A stretch of DNA of 64,000 bases from Polyangiaceae bacterium (GCA_025936045.1 JAICUB010000015.1:30642-94641); one strand, 5' to 3'; shown: positions 39,251-49,544, counted from the stretch's first letter. Numbers and translations are program-made. Notes: a model not told the origin generated them from the letters alone.

Positions 39251-40858
39251 TCAGAAAGACATGCGGAGCTCGGCGTAGCCCGCGCTGAGCTCGGAGCGGA
39301 TGACGCCGAAGAGGGTGTTGGTTGGGCCTTCGTAGATTTCGGCGCCGACCGTCGCGCTCAGGTTGTCCGTGAGGGAGTAGCCGATCTTCGGGAAGAGCAG
39401 CCACTCTTGCGTGGTGAAATTGACGAACGCGAGCGCCGACGCGGAGAGCGTCTGGTGCAGGGTCAACCATTCGAGGCGCAGGGACGCCATGTGCTGCTGC
39501 TGGGCGAGTTGGGAGAAGAGGATTTGGTTCTTGCTTCGGAGGACGGCGAAGAGCGTCGGATCGACGGCGGCTGGATCGCTGAAACGCCCGAGGAGGCTCG
39601 TATCTGGGTTGAAGGCGGGGTACTTCGTGTAGTTGAACACGTAACGCCCGATGTATTGAGCGATGACGCTCACGTCGCCGAACGTATGGTCGAGACCGAG
39701 AACGTATTGAACGTCCGGGTTCGGCGCATACACCTTCTCACGGAAATGGACGGGGTCGCGATACGCCGCCTCACCACGAACGCCAAGCCAATCCCCGAGC
39801 GTCGTCGCAAAGTCGAAACCGACGACCTGCTGGTTGTACGCGGCCCGGGTGATCACGGCTTCCGCGGTGAGGGTGGATCCCAGATCTCGGTACTCCAGAA
39901 GCGTCAAGCCCGGCAGCGGTGCATAGCCGTACACGTACGACGCCGACATCTCGACGGCTGGCAACTCGAGGTGCAAACGTGCGCCCTCCGTGCCGTTCTC
40001 GATGCGGGGGCGCGGGTATGTCGAATCGCCGAGTACCGCGCGGTCGGGTAGTGGCAACGGCGGCAGCTCGGTCGCTTCATAGAGCGGCATCCACACGCCT
40101 TCGAGCCGAAACGGCGAGAAATTCAAGAAAGCGCGGGCACCCACGTTGCCGACGCGCCGGTCGTCCTCGATCGGCGAATGGATGCGGAAATCGACGGGCG
40201 TGATGTTGCTCGTCGGATTGAGCGCATCCGCTCGCCCCCACACCACGATTTGCTTGCCGAGGCGCAAATCAAGAGGGCCGGCGTAGAGGTTCGCGTACGC
40301 TTCACGCAGGTCGACGATGAGACCTTGAGCGTTGCCCTGCAGCCCGTAACGGAAGCGAGGCTCGGCGTACGCGTCGCCGAGCTTGTCCTTCTTCACCTTC
40401 AGCTTGAGGGAGAGCTCGGAATACGCGGCCTTCATCTCCGCGTGGTTCGCGTGCTGTTCCTTGCCGACGAAGACGTCACCGCGAACGTAGCCGTTGAACT
40501 CGTATCCAGTCTCGGCTGGCGCTTCGCCCGCGCCGCTCCCGCTGCCACTGCTCGAAGTGTCCTGACTCGCCTCGAACAGACCCGAGCCCGTCGACACCTG
40601 GCCGCCCGAATCGGCAGAGCCCGATGCCGCATCGGCAGCTGCCCCCGCTGCCGCAGGCGGCGTGGACGCAGCGTCACTCGGCGAAGCCGGCTTCGTGTCG
40701 CTGGGCGGTGCCGCGGGCGGCGGCGTCTCTTTCCGCGCATCCGGGGCGGGGCTTGGAACGGCAGGCTCCTGCGCAACAGCGACCCTGCTTGAAAGAACGA
40801 GCGCGCACGCAAGGCACACGCCCGCGCTGCGCCCACGGAGTGAGGCTTTGGGATTCAT
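39251..40858 (-). CDS. DUF1302-like outer-membrane beta-barrel protein
   Basis: Signal peptide, LREAY, LRLGKQIVVWGRAD, terminal ELRMSF. Confidence 0.75.
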   Translation of the reverse strand: MNPKASLRGRSAGVCLACALVLSSRVAVAQEPAVPSPAPDARKETPPPAAPPSDTKPASPSDAASTPPAAAGAAADAASGSADSGGQVSTGSGLFEASQDTSSSGSGSGAGEAPAETGYEFNGYVRGDVFVGKEQHANHAEMKAAYSELSLKLKVKKDKLGDAYAEPRFRYGLQGNAQGLIVDLREAYANLYAGPLDLRLGKQIVVWGRADALNPTSNITPVDFRIHSPIEDDRRVGNVGARAFLNFSPFRLEGVWMPLYEATELPPLPLPDRAVLGDSTYPRPRIENGTEGARLHLELPAVEMSASYVYGYAPLPGLTLLEYRDLGSTLTAEAVITRAAYNQQVVGFDFATTLGDWLGVRGEAAYRDPVHFREKVYAPNPDVQYVLGLDHTFGDVSVIAQYIGRYVFNYTKYPAFNPDTSLLGRFSDPAAVDPTLFAVLRSKNQILFSQLAQQQHMASLRLEWLTLHQTLSASALAFVNFTTQEWLLFPKIGYSLTDNLSATVGAEIYEGPTNTLFGVIRSELSAGYAELRMSF

Positions 40859-40861
40859 GGA

Positions 40862-41914
40862 TTAGCTAGCCGGCTTGTGTACGTGCTTGGCGCCGGTCCA
40901 CATACCGCTGGCCATGACCATGGAGTAACCGGCGGCGGCGCTACCGAGCACGAATTTGTCACCTGGTTCCACATCGCATTCGTCGAGCAGGTGCTTGAAG
41001 GTAACGCCTACACTAGCGCTCGCAGTATTTCCATAGAGGGCGTGGGAATACACACCGCGATCCTGGGGCACGCCGATGTCGTCCATGATCTTTCGGACCA
41101 TGATCTCGCTCGGCTGGTGGAAGACGTAGTGGTTCACCTCTTCCGCCTTCCATCCCGTGACCGTCAGCCGGTCCTTGAGCCAGGGCGGGATCAGCTTGCC
41201 GAGGCGCATGAGCTCGACGGACGAGGACGTGAAAGTGCCCAGCACCGGAACTTTGCAGAGATGCCAGTGATCGGGCGCCGTATACGTGTCGATCTGGAGG
41301 AGCTTCAAACCTCCGCCCGGCCACGGAGCGCGTCGCAAGAGGAAACACGCCGCACCGTTGCCGATCGTGAGGCCGGCCGAGCGAGCGTAGAGATCGCGCA
41401 CCGTTTGGATGTCGTAGCTGAGGTACGGGCCGGCTAGCTCCGAGGTGCACACCAGCGCCGTTCGGTACTGGTCGTGCAGTTGGAGGTACGCCGCGGCCGT
41501 CTGCACGGCTTCGAGGTGCCCGACGCACGCCGAAGTCACGTCGAACGCATGCGTTCGCTTCAGCCCGAGCTTCGCCGCGACTTCCATCGCCGTGGCGGGT
41601 TCGAAATATTGTCGCGCGATGCCGCCACAAATGACGAGATCGACCTCGTCGAGAGCGGCTTCGTTCACCTCGAGGCAGTTCTTTGCGGCAGCGACGGCAT
41701 AGTCCGCTACGCACGCCTCGTCAGTCGCCGCCAAGTAGCGGTACTGCGTTTTGCAAAGGCCGAAGACGTGCTCGATGGCCGACTGGAGGGTCGGCCACTC
41801 GCTTTCCGGACCTTTGTACAGAGCGCGGACTCGGCTGATGACCTCCGCGTTGTCGACGCGGGTCGCTGGAAACGCGACCCCGGGCTTGGAAAGGTGAAAT
41901 TCGGGTAGGCTCAA
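40862..41914 (-). CDS. OleA-like / KAS III thiolase-fold condensing enzyme
   Basis: RQYFEPATA (OleA-type Glu), FDVTSAC, HQPS, GNTASAS; TTG start. Confidence 0.85.
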   Translation of the reverse strand: MSLPEFHLSKPGVAFPATRVDNAEVISRVRALYKGPESEWPTLQSAIEHVFGLCKTQYRYLAATDEACVADYAVAAAKNCLEVNEAALDEVDLVICGGIARQYFEPATAMEVAAKLGLKRTHAFDVTSACVGHLEAVQTAAAYLQLHDQYRTALVCTSELAGPYLSYDIQTVRDLYARSAGLTIGNGAACFLLRRAPWPGGGLKLLQIDTYTAPDHWHLCKVPVLGTFTSSSVELMRLGKLIPPWLKDRLTVTGWKAEEVNHYVFHQPSEIMVRKIMDDIGVPQDRGVYSHALYGNTASASVGVTFKHLLDECDVEPGDKFVLGSAAAGYSMVMASGMWTGAKHVHKPAS

Positions 41915-42283
41915 CAGCTAGCTCCGCTCGGGCGGACGCCACATACCATCTGGCGGTGTTTTTCGGGGGAACGACGTCCGGTGGACTAAAAAGAATAGGC
42001 CCCGAAGCCGCCTCTGTCGAGGCAGCAGTGCTGCAAAATGACACTCATACCTTGTCGCACCGCAACACCATGAAACACACCAGCCGCGCCTCCGCGGAAG
42101 TGCTTCGGGTTACCCACTCGGGTCGGGATGGGCGGGTTCATTTTGTGACGCGAGAGGTCGCACCACCAGTCGGACGTTCTTCGCGCGTGTCCCGATGCCC
42201 GAGGCGCGCCGTTCGTATTCGCAACGCACACCGGTGTGCGATCGCGCCTGGCCTTGCCGCCTGCTCTGGGGTTAACTCCCGCC

Positions 42284-43333
42284 ATGCGTAACGGCTTCCG
42301 ACACCTTTTGGTCGCGCGCAGCACGCGCGTTCTCTCTTCGATGATCGCACCGGCGCTGATCGGCGCACTCCTCCCCGCGTGTGGCGGCGGGAACACGGCG
42401 GGCACTCCGACCGGCCCCGGGGATGATGCCGTGAAGCTCACGCCATACGAGAACTTCTCTTCGTCCAGCAAGCTGGTGATCCCGCCGGTGATGGTCGCCG
42501 CCGAGGACGACCTCACCATCGACTGGAGCGCGCTCAGCAAGGATATCCAGCTGCACGCGGTCAGCCCGACCGACGACATCAACGACGTCAGCTTGATTCG
42601 CGTCAAGAGCAGCAGCCCGACCGACGTCGCACAATGGCTCAACCTGGGCGAGCTCGACACCAACAAGGTCGATCTCGACTTCGAGTTCAAGAATACGAGC
42701 AAGGTGACGTCGGCCAAGCTCAGCCAGTTCACGCAGCTCGGTGGCGCGACGCCCGTTGCGCTCGACCCGGCGAAGGACTTCAAGACGGATTCCGGAATCA
42801 CCTATCTCATGGTGCTGGCGACCGGCACGCAGATCGGCTTCGGCGCAAGGATGATGACGATCTTGGCGCCGGACGACTCGTCTCACACCGACGGCGTAAT
42901 GGTCACCAATACGAGCGCGACGCTGTCGTACACAGCAACGTTCCACGACAGCGTCCCGGTCGCCGCAGACACGGCCCCCGTGATCGATTGGAGCGGCGTG
43001 ACCGAGAACGGAGCAGGGCAGGAAATCGGCCCACACGACGTGGACAGCATCTTGCTCGGCTTCTACAAGAACAAGTCGGTCACGGACTTGCAGACGGGGT
43101 TCCTCAATCTGCAAGAAAAGACGGAAGCGACCGGCGGCCCGACGCTATCGTGGCATCTCGAACCAAAAAACACTCAGAGGGCGGACCTCGCCGGGGCCAT
43201 GGGCCGCGCTCAGGAGGCGCCGTTCGCCAACTTCGAGACTGGCAGCGATACCGGCACGTGGCTCCTCGGCATGTTCTGCAGCGGCTGCCAGAATCCCGCG
43301 CCCGTCATCGTCACGATTTTGGAACCGAAGTGA
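42284..43333 (+). CDS. Uncharacterised lipoprotein, C-x-x-C-x-NPAP family, paralog 1
   Basis: Lipobox LPAC; two DWS repeats; C-terminal TWLLGMFCSGCQNPAP. Confidence 0.8.
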   Translation: MRNGFRHLLVARSTRVLSSMIAPALIGALLPACGGGNTAGTPTGPGDDAVKLTPYENFSSSSKLVIPPVMVAAEDDLTIDWSALSKDIQLHAVSPTDDINDVSLIRVKSSSPTDVAQWLNLGELDTNKVDLDFEFKNTSKVTSAKLSQFTQLGGATPVALDPAKDFKTDSGITYLMVLATGTQIGFGARMMTILAPDDSSHTDGVMVTNTSATLSYTATFHDSVPVAADTAPVIDWSGVTENGAGQEIGPHDVDSILLGFYKNKSVTDLQTGFLNLQEKTEATGGPTLSWHLEPKNTQRADLAGAMGRAQEAPFANFETGSDTGTWLLGMFCSGCQNPAPVIVTILEPK

Positions 43334-44700
43334 GAGCGGCCGCGCGCGTCTTAACGCTCGCAAGCACGCTCGCGACAGCCGGCTGCGGCGACGAAGCAAA
43401 GTCGTTCGCTCCGGCTGATGTGCGCGCGGGAGCGAATCCCGCCGTCGCCACGCTCGTCGACGTCCAATGGACGACCTCCGCTCCCGCGGTCGGCTACGTC
43501 GGCTACGGAACGACGCCGAGCCTCGGCTCGGTTTCCGCAATCGAGCGGACCAGCACGACTCAGCACAAAGTGAGCCTCTTCGGTCTCACTCCGGGCACGA
43601 CTTACTACTACCAAGTCGTGATTTGGCAGGGGCACGACGCCGGAGAAAGCCAGGTGCAAAGCGTGACGACGGGTGCGGTGCCGACGACGCTCCCGACCTT
43701 CACGACGACCGGCGACACGAGCGAGAGCGGTATGGACGAGCTCGTGCTCATGCCGGTGACGACGACGAAGCCCCTCGTCGTCGTGGTTTCGCCGAAGGGT
43801 CAGGTGCTCTGGTATCACGAGGAGGACCGCCCGCGGACGGTAACGCGCGCTCGCTTTTCCAGCGACAAGGCGAGCGTGCTCTACGACGCCATCGACGCGG
43901 GCGGCGACTCCGAGATCGTCCGCGTCGCGCTCGATGGCTCGAGCCAAAGCGCCGTTCCGGTGAAGGGCCTCGGCAACGACTTCGTTCAGCTGACCAACGG
44001 CAACTTCGCGGCGCTCGCCGCCGACACGCGCGACTCGAACGGGATGATGCTCCGCGGCGACAAGCTCGTCGAGGTCACGCCCGGCGGCACCGCAACCGAT
44101 GTTGCGAGCATTTGGAACTGTTTCAATCCTGCCACCGCCCCCGGCGACGGCCCGGCGGGCGAGTGGACGGGTGCGAGCGCGCTCGTCGTCGACGAGGGCG
44201 CGTCGAAGACGGACGAATCCGACGACGTGTTCTACGTCGCGCTCCGTGATCTGAGCACGATCGTGCGCATTCCACGCGCCACGGGGAAGTGCGACACGGT
44301 GATCGGAAAGACGATGCCGACGGTGAGCTTCGCGGATCCTGCTGACGCTTTCGCGCATCCGGGCGGCTTCAACGCCTCGAGCACGGATCTCGCCGTGCTC
44401 GACGCCGACGGTGCCGGCGCCGGGACGTCGCGCGCCATCGAGTACGCGCTCGACCTCACCGCGAACACGGCGACGAAGTCCTGGAGCTACACACCGAGCC
44501 CGGCGGTGCACGTCACGTCGCTCGGTCACGTGTCGCAGCTCACTCAGGGCCGGCGGCTCGTGAATTGGTCGACGGCCGGCCGGCTGGATCTCGCTGACAA
44601 GAACGGCGCGCAGCTGTGGTCGCTCACGGGGCCGGCGGGCGCGACGTTCGGCCATCACGTTCGCACTGACTCCCTGGACGACCCGAGCAGCAAGCCGTGA
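43330..44700 (+). CDS. FN3 + arylsulfate-sulfotransferase-like lipoprotein (catalytic His residues lost)
   Basis: GTGA overlap, lipobox TAGC, FN3 GLTPGTTYYYQV, G.VLWY; alignable by eye to the 49582 and 53900 proteins. Confidence 0.65.
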   Translation: MRAAARVLTLASTLATAGCGDEAKSFAPADVRAGANPAVATLVDVQWTTSAPAVGYVGYGTTPSLGSVSAIERTSTTQHKVSLFGLTPGTTYYYQVVIWQGHDAGESQVQSVTTGAVPTTLPTFTTTGDTSESGMDELVLMPVTTTKPLVVVVSPKGQVLWYHEEDRPRTVTRARFSSDKASVLYDAIDAGGDSEIVRVALDGSSQSAVPVKGLGNDFVQLTNGNFAALAADTRDSNGMMLRGDKLVEVTPGGTATDVASIWNCFNPATAPGDGPAGEWTGASALVVDEGASKTDESDDVFYVALRDLSTIVRIPRATGKCDTVIGKTMPTVSFADPADAFAHPGGFNASSTDLAVLDADGAGAGTSRAIEYALDLTANTATKSWSYTPSPAVHVTSLGHVSQLTQGRRLVNWSTAGRLDLADKNGAQLWSLTGPAGATFGHHVRTDSLDDPSSKP

Positions 44701-46187
44701 AGCAGCATTTTCTCACTGGCCTCTGTGCCACCACCGCCGCGCTCACACTCAGCGCCGCCGCGCGCGCCGACGGTGGCTACTTCGACGGCGTCAAAGGGGC
44801 ACACGCGGCAGGTCGCGGCGGTGCCTTCACGGCGCGCGCCGACGACGTTTCCGCGGTCGAGCTGAACCCAGCCGGGCTCACGCACATCGGGACGACCATC
44901 ATTCAGATCGGTAATCGCTTTTCGTACAACCAGCGCACGTACCAGCGAAACCCGACGCTCGACTGGTCCCAGTCGGGCACCGACGAGACGACACCGCCGC
45001 CGTACGTGACGTTCGCGAAGGTAAGCAACAAGACCCCCGTTCAGGCGCTCGACCCGTTCATCGGCGTTGCCTCGAACTTCGGCCTCGCGGATTGGGCCTT
45101 TGCGTTCGCCCTCTTCTCGCCTGCTGGGACGGCCCGCGAGGTGTACCCGAACGACGGCGGGCAGCGTTACATGATGACGCGGCGCAACGCGCAAATGATC
45201 GATTGGAACCTGAGCGCCGCATGGAAGTACCACGAGCTCTTCGGCCTCGGCGTGACGCTCCAATCGGTAGCGGTGCCGACGCTCGAGTACGGGCTCGTCA
45301 TCGACGGCAGCCCGTACCCGCACGGCAACCCCGTCTCGAGCGGGCTCGACATCCGTGCAAACGTCAAAGGCTCCGACCTTTTCACGCTGAATGCCATCCT
45401 CGGTGCCTGGGTGCGGCCGACGCCGAACCTCGAGATCGGGCTATCCGGACAGGTGTTGCCGAGCGAGATCCAGACGAAGAGCAAGCTCGCCGTCAGCTTC
45501 GTCCAGCCGGATCCGACGCTGCCGAACGACACGGTGACGCTCGAGCGCAACAACGTGCCTGCGAATGACGTCACGCTCACGTTGCCGCTGCCGATGACGG
45601 CGCGGCTCGGCGCGCGCTACCGCTACCTCGACGGCGATCGCGAGATCTTCGACGTGGAGCTCGACGGCGTCTACGAGACGTGGTCGCGCGTGAAGGACTT
45701 CCGCCTCGACTCGAACAACATCGTCGCGAGCTACCGCGGGCAGAACGTCAACATCGGCGTGATCGACATCGCGAAGGATTGGCGTGACACCTTCGGGATC
45801 CATCTCGGTGGGGATTTCGTCGTCGTGCCGAAGCGCGCGACGGTACGTGCAGGGGTCTACTATGAGACGCCCGTCGGGACGCCCGCGTACGCGAACGTCG
45901 ACTTCTCGGACGGGGCGCAATACGGCGGCGCGCTCGGCGCATCGGTCTACTTCGGCAAGGTGGAAGTTGCGGTCGCCGGCGAGTACCGCGCCCAGTCCAC
46001 CGTGTACGTCTCCGACAGCAACTCGCGCGTGTATCAGCAGAAGCCCGCGGGTTCCTGCCCCGCACCGTATACCGATGGGACGAACTGCGACCCACGCTAT
46101 ACCGGCGCGCCTTCACCGCCCGTCAACGGCGGCACGTACGACGCGTACTCGATCGTCGGGTCCCTCGAAGCGATTTACCGGTTCTGA
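44697..46187 (+). CDS. OmpP1/FadL family outer-membrane transporter
   Basis: GRGGAFTARADDVSAVELNPAGL, WRDT, VRAGVYYE, terminal YRF. Confidence 0.85.
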   Translation: MKQHFLTGLCATTAALTLSAAARADGGYFDGVKGAHAAGRGGAFTARADDVSAVELNPAGLTHIGTTIIQIGNRFSYNQRTYQRNPTLDWSQSGTDETTPPPYVTFAKVSNKTPVQALDPFIGVASNFGLADWAFAFALFSPAGTAREVYPNDGGQRYMMTRRNAQMIDWNLSAAWKYHELFGLGVTLQSVAVPTLEYGLVIDGSPYPHGNPVSSGLDIRANVKGSDLFTLNAILGAWVRPTPNLEIGLSGQVLPSEIQTKSKLAVSFVQPDPTLPNDTVTLERNNVPANDVTLTLPLPMTARLGARYRYLDGDREIFDVELDGVYETWSRVKDFRLDSNNIVASYRGQNVNIGVIDIAKDWRDTFGIHLGGDFVVVPKRATVRAGVYYETPVGTPAYANVDFSDGAQYGGALGASVYFGKVEVAVAGEYRAQSTVYVSDSNSRVYQQKPAGSCPAPYTDGTNCDPRYTGAPSPPVNGGTYDAYSIVGSLEAIYRF

Positions 46188-46239
46188 GCCTCGCACCCGC
46201 GGGCCTCGCGCGTCGCGACGCCGTGATAAACTCGCCGGC

Positions 46240-46863
46240 ATGGCCCGTTCGCGCGCGCCGGTCTCGATGTCGCTCGCCGCGGCGCTTGCACTCGTGAGCG
46301 CGTGTTCGTCGACGAGACCCGACGTCGACGCCACGGGCGGCTCTGCCGGAACGGCGACGGGCGGATCGAGCAACGCCACCGGCGGCTCCGCCGGCACGTC
46401 GAGCGACGCCGGCATGTCCGGCGATGCCGCCGCGCCAGCTAACTCTCCCCCGTACGCGAACGTCACCGCGGTCATCGCGAGTGGCAGCGACGGCAACTAT
46501 ACGTTCAACGTCACTATCGAAAGCGCGGACATCGATTGTTCGCAATTCGCGGATTGGTGGGAGGTCTTGGGTGAGGACGGCTCGCTCGTCTATCGGCGCA
46601 TCCTCGAGCACAGTCACACGGACGCGAATGGCACGTCGGACGCGGATATGCCGGGCAACACGTTCACCCGCAGCGGTGGTCCCGTTCCTGCCGCCGCGGA
46701 TGACAGCGTCCTCGTGCGCGCGCACATGAGCGTCGGCGGCTACAACGGCCAAGTGATGCGCGGCAGCGCTACGAACGGCTTCGTGCCTGCGCCGGATATC
46801 ACTGCGGATTTTGCCGCAGACGCAGACACGGCAAGCCCACAGCCGACCGGTTGCGAGTTCTGA
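46240..46863 (+). CDS. Conserved-looking hypothetical lipoprotein with possible His/Met metal ligands
   Basis: Lipobox VSAC; ADWWEVL..G....RRIL.HSH, FTRSGGPV, VRAHM. Confidence 0.7.
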   Translation: MARSRAPVSMSLAAALALVSACSSTRPDVDATGGSAGTATGGSSNATGGSAGTSSDAGMSGDAAAPANSPPYANVTAVIASGSDGNYTFNVTIESADIDCSQFADWWEVLGEDGSLVYRRILEHSHTDANGTSDADMPGNTFTRSGGPVPAAADDSVLVRAHMSVGGYNGQVMRGSATNGFVPAPDITADFAADADTASPQPTGCEF

Positions 46864-46928
46864 GACGGTCCTGAAAAATTGGAAGACTTGCCGGGCGTTG
46901 CCCGCTGCCCCAAGCTTCGCGTGCCGTC

Positions 46929-48389
46929 ATGCATTCTGGGAGGACTTCCGTGGCTCGACTCTTCGCGGGCTTCACTATCAGGGGTGGTGTGCTGTTCGCC
47001 GCCGTTGCGACGTTCGGCTGCGGTAGCTCGAAGTCCAGCGACGGGACTGCCACGGACCAGGAGCCGGTAAGCTGGAACGGCAATATCGCGCCGCTCGTCG
47101 CGAAGAAGTGCGTCGGCTGCCACCAGACGGGTGGGATCGCGCCGATGTCGCTCGAGTCCTACGCGTCGGCGAAGCCCTACGCACGCCAGATGTTGGCCGA
47201 GGTGGCCGCCGGAGCGATGCCGCCGTGGAGCGCACGCACCACGGACGAATGCACGCCGCCGTACGCGTTCAAGGACGACCCGACGCTCAGCGACGACGAA
47301 ATGAGTCAGCTCAAGGCCTGGGTCGACAACGGAGCGATCGAGGGCGCGGCGTCGAACACTCCGCTGCCGGTGCCCGCACAGCGGACGCTCGATAACCGCG
47401 ATCTCGAGCTCACGATTCCGACGACGATCAACGTCGACGGCGGGTCGGACCAGCTGCTCTGCTTCTCGCTCGATCCGAAGCTCGACCAGGACGCATGGGT
47501 CAACGGCGTGCAGGTGAATCCCGGCAATCCCGAGATCGTGCACCACGTGCTCCTGTTCTCCGATCCGCAGGGGCAAAGCATAGAGCTTGCGGGCGACAAG
47601 GGTTATTACCCCTGCTTCGGTGGACCAGAGCTCGAGCCCAGCCCGGACGGGCCGTCGTTCGCTCTGCTCGGCGCGTGGGCACCCGGCGGCGTGCCGACGG
47701 TGACCCCGCCCGACGTCGCGATGCAACTCCCCGGCGGCTCGCGCCTCGTCATGCAGGTCCATTACCATCCGCACGACGGTGTCCACAGCGGGGCGGACTC
47801 GAGCACGAGCGTCGACCTGCGCTTCGCGCCCACCGCGCCGCGACTCGTCGGAAAACTAGCGCTGCTAGGCAATATCTCTCAGCAAGATTGGGACAAAGCC
47901 GGGGGCGAGGGCTACGGCTTGATGCCCGGGCCGGACGATCCGCCTCCGCCCGCCAAGGCCGAGTTCTCGATCCCGCCGAACGTCTCCGGCCACACGGAGA
48001 CCGAGCGCATCCTGATTCCTGAAGAAAAGGGCGTGAAGGATTACCTCGTCTGGGGCATCGCCACGCACATGCATTACGTCGGGACGGACATGAAAATCGA
48101 CCTGGTCCATTCCGACGGCTCGAGCGATTGCCTGCTGCAAACCCCCCAGTGGGATTTCAACTGGCAGCGTGTCTATTACTACGACACGCCGCTTGCCTCG
48201 GCTCCAGTCGCCAACTTCGGCGACGTGATTCAGATGCGCTGCACTTACGACAACACCATGAACAATCCGCAAGTCGTAACGGCGCTCGATCAACAAGGCC
48301 TCACCGCGCCGAAGACGGTGACGCTCGGCGAGACGTCGCTCGACGAGATGTGTCTCGGAGCGTTCGGCTTCGCGGTCGAAGGTAAGTAG
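46929..48389 (+). CDS. Copper type II (PHM-like) monooxygenase lipoprotein with N-terminal CxxCH
   Basis: Lipobox TFGC; CVGCH..GGIAPM..MPPW; VHH, QVHYH, THMH, WDFNWQ, EMC. Confidence 0.85.
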   Translation: MHSGRTSVARLFAGFTIRGGVLFAAVATFGCGSSKSSDGTATDQEPVSWNGNIAPLVAKKCVGCHQTGGIAPMSLESYASAKPYARQMLAEVAAGAMPPWSARTTDECTPPYAFKDDPTLSDDEMSQLKAWVDNGAIEGAASNTPLPVPAQRTLDNRDLELTIPTTINVDGGSDQLLCFSLDPKLDQDAWVNGVQVNPGNPEIVHHVLLFSDPQGQSIELAGDKGYYPCFGGPELEPSPDGPSFALLGAWAPGGVPTVTPPDVAMQLPGGSRLVMQVHYHPHDGVHSGADSSTSVDLRFAPTAPRLVGKLALLGNISQQDWDKAGGEGYGLMPGPDDPPPPAKAEFSIPPNVSGHTETERILIPEEKGVKDYLVWGIATHMHYVGTDMKIDLVHSDGSSDCLLQTPQWDFNWQRVYYYDTPLASAPVANFGDVIQMRCTYDNTMNNPQVVTALDQQGLTAPKTVTLGETSLDEMCLGAFGFAVEGK

Positions 48390-48403
48390 CGGCTTCGAAA
48401 GCG

Positions 48404-48429
48404 GAACGGACGCCGCAGGGCGTCCGTTC
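48404..48429. terminator. Stem-loop between convergent genes
   Basis: GAACGGACGCC-GCAG-GGCGTCCGTTC, an 11-bp perfect stem with no U tract. Confidence 0.55.
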
Positions 48430-48476
48430 GTGGTCGACCGCGCCGCAGCGGCCGCCGTCTGAGAGCTACGTGCGTG

Positions 48477-49544
48477 TCAGTTCGCGCACGTCTTGAGCAC
48501 GGCCAGGTACCAGGGCGCCGGGTTCGTGCACTGCTCGGTGCAGTTGAGCGCGACGATCCACGTGTGCGTGCTGTCGATGCCCGGGAAGGCGGCGCCGTTC
48601 GGATCCTTCGTCTGCGACAGATCGAACGTCGTGCCGGCCGTGACTTCGGCGCTGTACATCGTGTCCGCGATGGTATCGAGGTTCAGGAAGTTCGTCTTGT
48701 CCTCGAGGTCCGTGGCGGACTTCGAATATTTGCCGACGCGGATCTGCGTGACGTAGGTCGGCTCGAACACGAGGCCCGCCGCGGTCTTCGTCATATTCGT
48801 CCAGTCGACCTTGATCGCGGGCGTGCCTGCGGGAACGGTGAACGCCGTCTGCGAGTGCAGGTCCGCCGTGAGCGAGAGCTGAGTCGAATCCGACGTGACG
48901 TTCACCTGCGTGTTGGTCACGGTCGGATCGAAGCTGAAGCCCGCGATCATGCGCGTGCCCTTGCCGTACGTCATGCCGTCCGCGAGCATCACCGTGTAGA
49001 GGTGGGTGTCGGGGGGGTACGTCGTCGTGTCGAGATACGGGTCGATCTGATCCTTCCTATAAGGAGCGCCCATATCCGTGAGCTGGTAGATGTCGCCCGA
49101 GGTGGTCCCGGGGGCCGGCACGATCGAAGCGATGATGGCGAGATCCGACTGGCCGAGCGCGTCGTCGTTCAGCTTCTTCTCGAAGTTCGCCTGCGTGAGA
49201 TTCCAGAGCTCGACCTCGACCATACCGATCGTGCTGACGTCGAGGTCATGGCCGAGCAGATCCTTTTTGACTCCGCTCCAGTCGAACTTCACGTCGGAGC
49301 CCGTTTGAACCTTCGTCACGTCGACCGTCAAGGAGCTCGAGAACTTGTAGTTGGTCGCGTCGCTCGCCGTGAGGTTCGTCTCGCACATCGCAGCGGGCAT
49401 GCCGCCCGAGCCGCCGCTGCTCGTACCGCCGCCGCTGCCGCTCGCGCCGCCGGTGCCCTTCGAGTCGTCGTCCCCGCCGCTGCTACAGCCTGCGAGGGCA
49501 ACGACAAATCCCACCAAAGAAGCTCTAATCGCTCGGTGCATCAT
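48477..49544 (-). CDS. Uncharacterised lipoprotein, NPAP family, paralog 2
   Basis: Start MMHR at 49544, lipobox LAGC, DWS/DWT repeats, TWIVALNCTEQCTNPAPWYL. Confidence 0.8.
   Translation of the reverse strand: MMHRAIRASLVGFVVALAGCSSGGDDDSKGTGGASGSGGGTSSGGSGGMPAAMCETNLTASDATNYKFSSSLTVDVTKVQTGSDVKFDWSGVKKDLLGHDLDVSTIGMVEVELWNLTQANFEKKLNDDALGQSDLAIIASIVPAPGTTSGDIYQLTDMGAPYRKDQIDPYLDTTTYPPDTHLYTVMLADGMTYGKGTRMIAGFSFDPTVTNTQVNVTSDSTQLSLTADLHSQTAFTVPAGTPAIKVDWTNMTKTAAGLVFEPTYVTQIRVGKYSKSATDLEDKTNFLNLDTIADTMYSAEVTAGTTFDLSQTKDPNGAAFPGIDSTHTWIVALNCTEQCTNPAPWYLAVLKTCAN

Noticed and set aside
42634-43329. N-terminal part of the 688-aa ORF 42634-44700
   Set aside because: Off-frame overlap with the NPAP gene; the real start is the GTG at 43330, followed by a lipobox.
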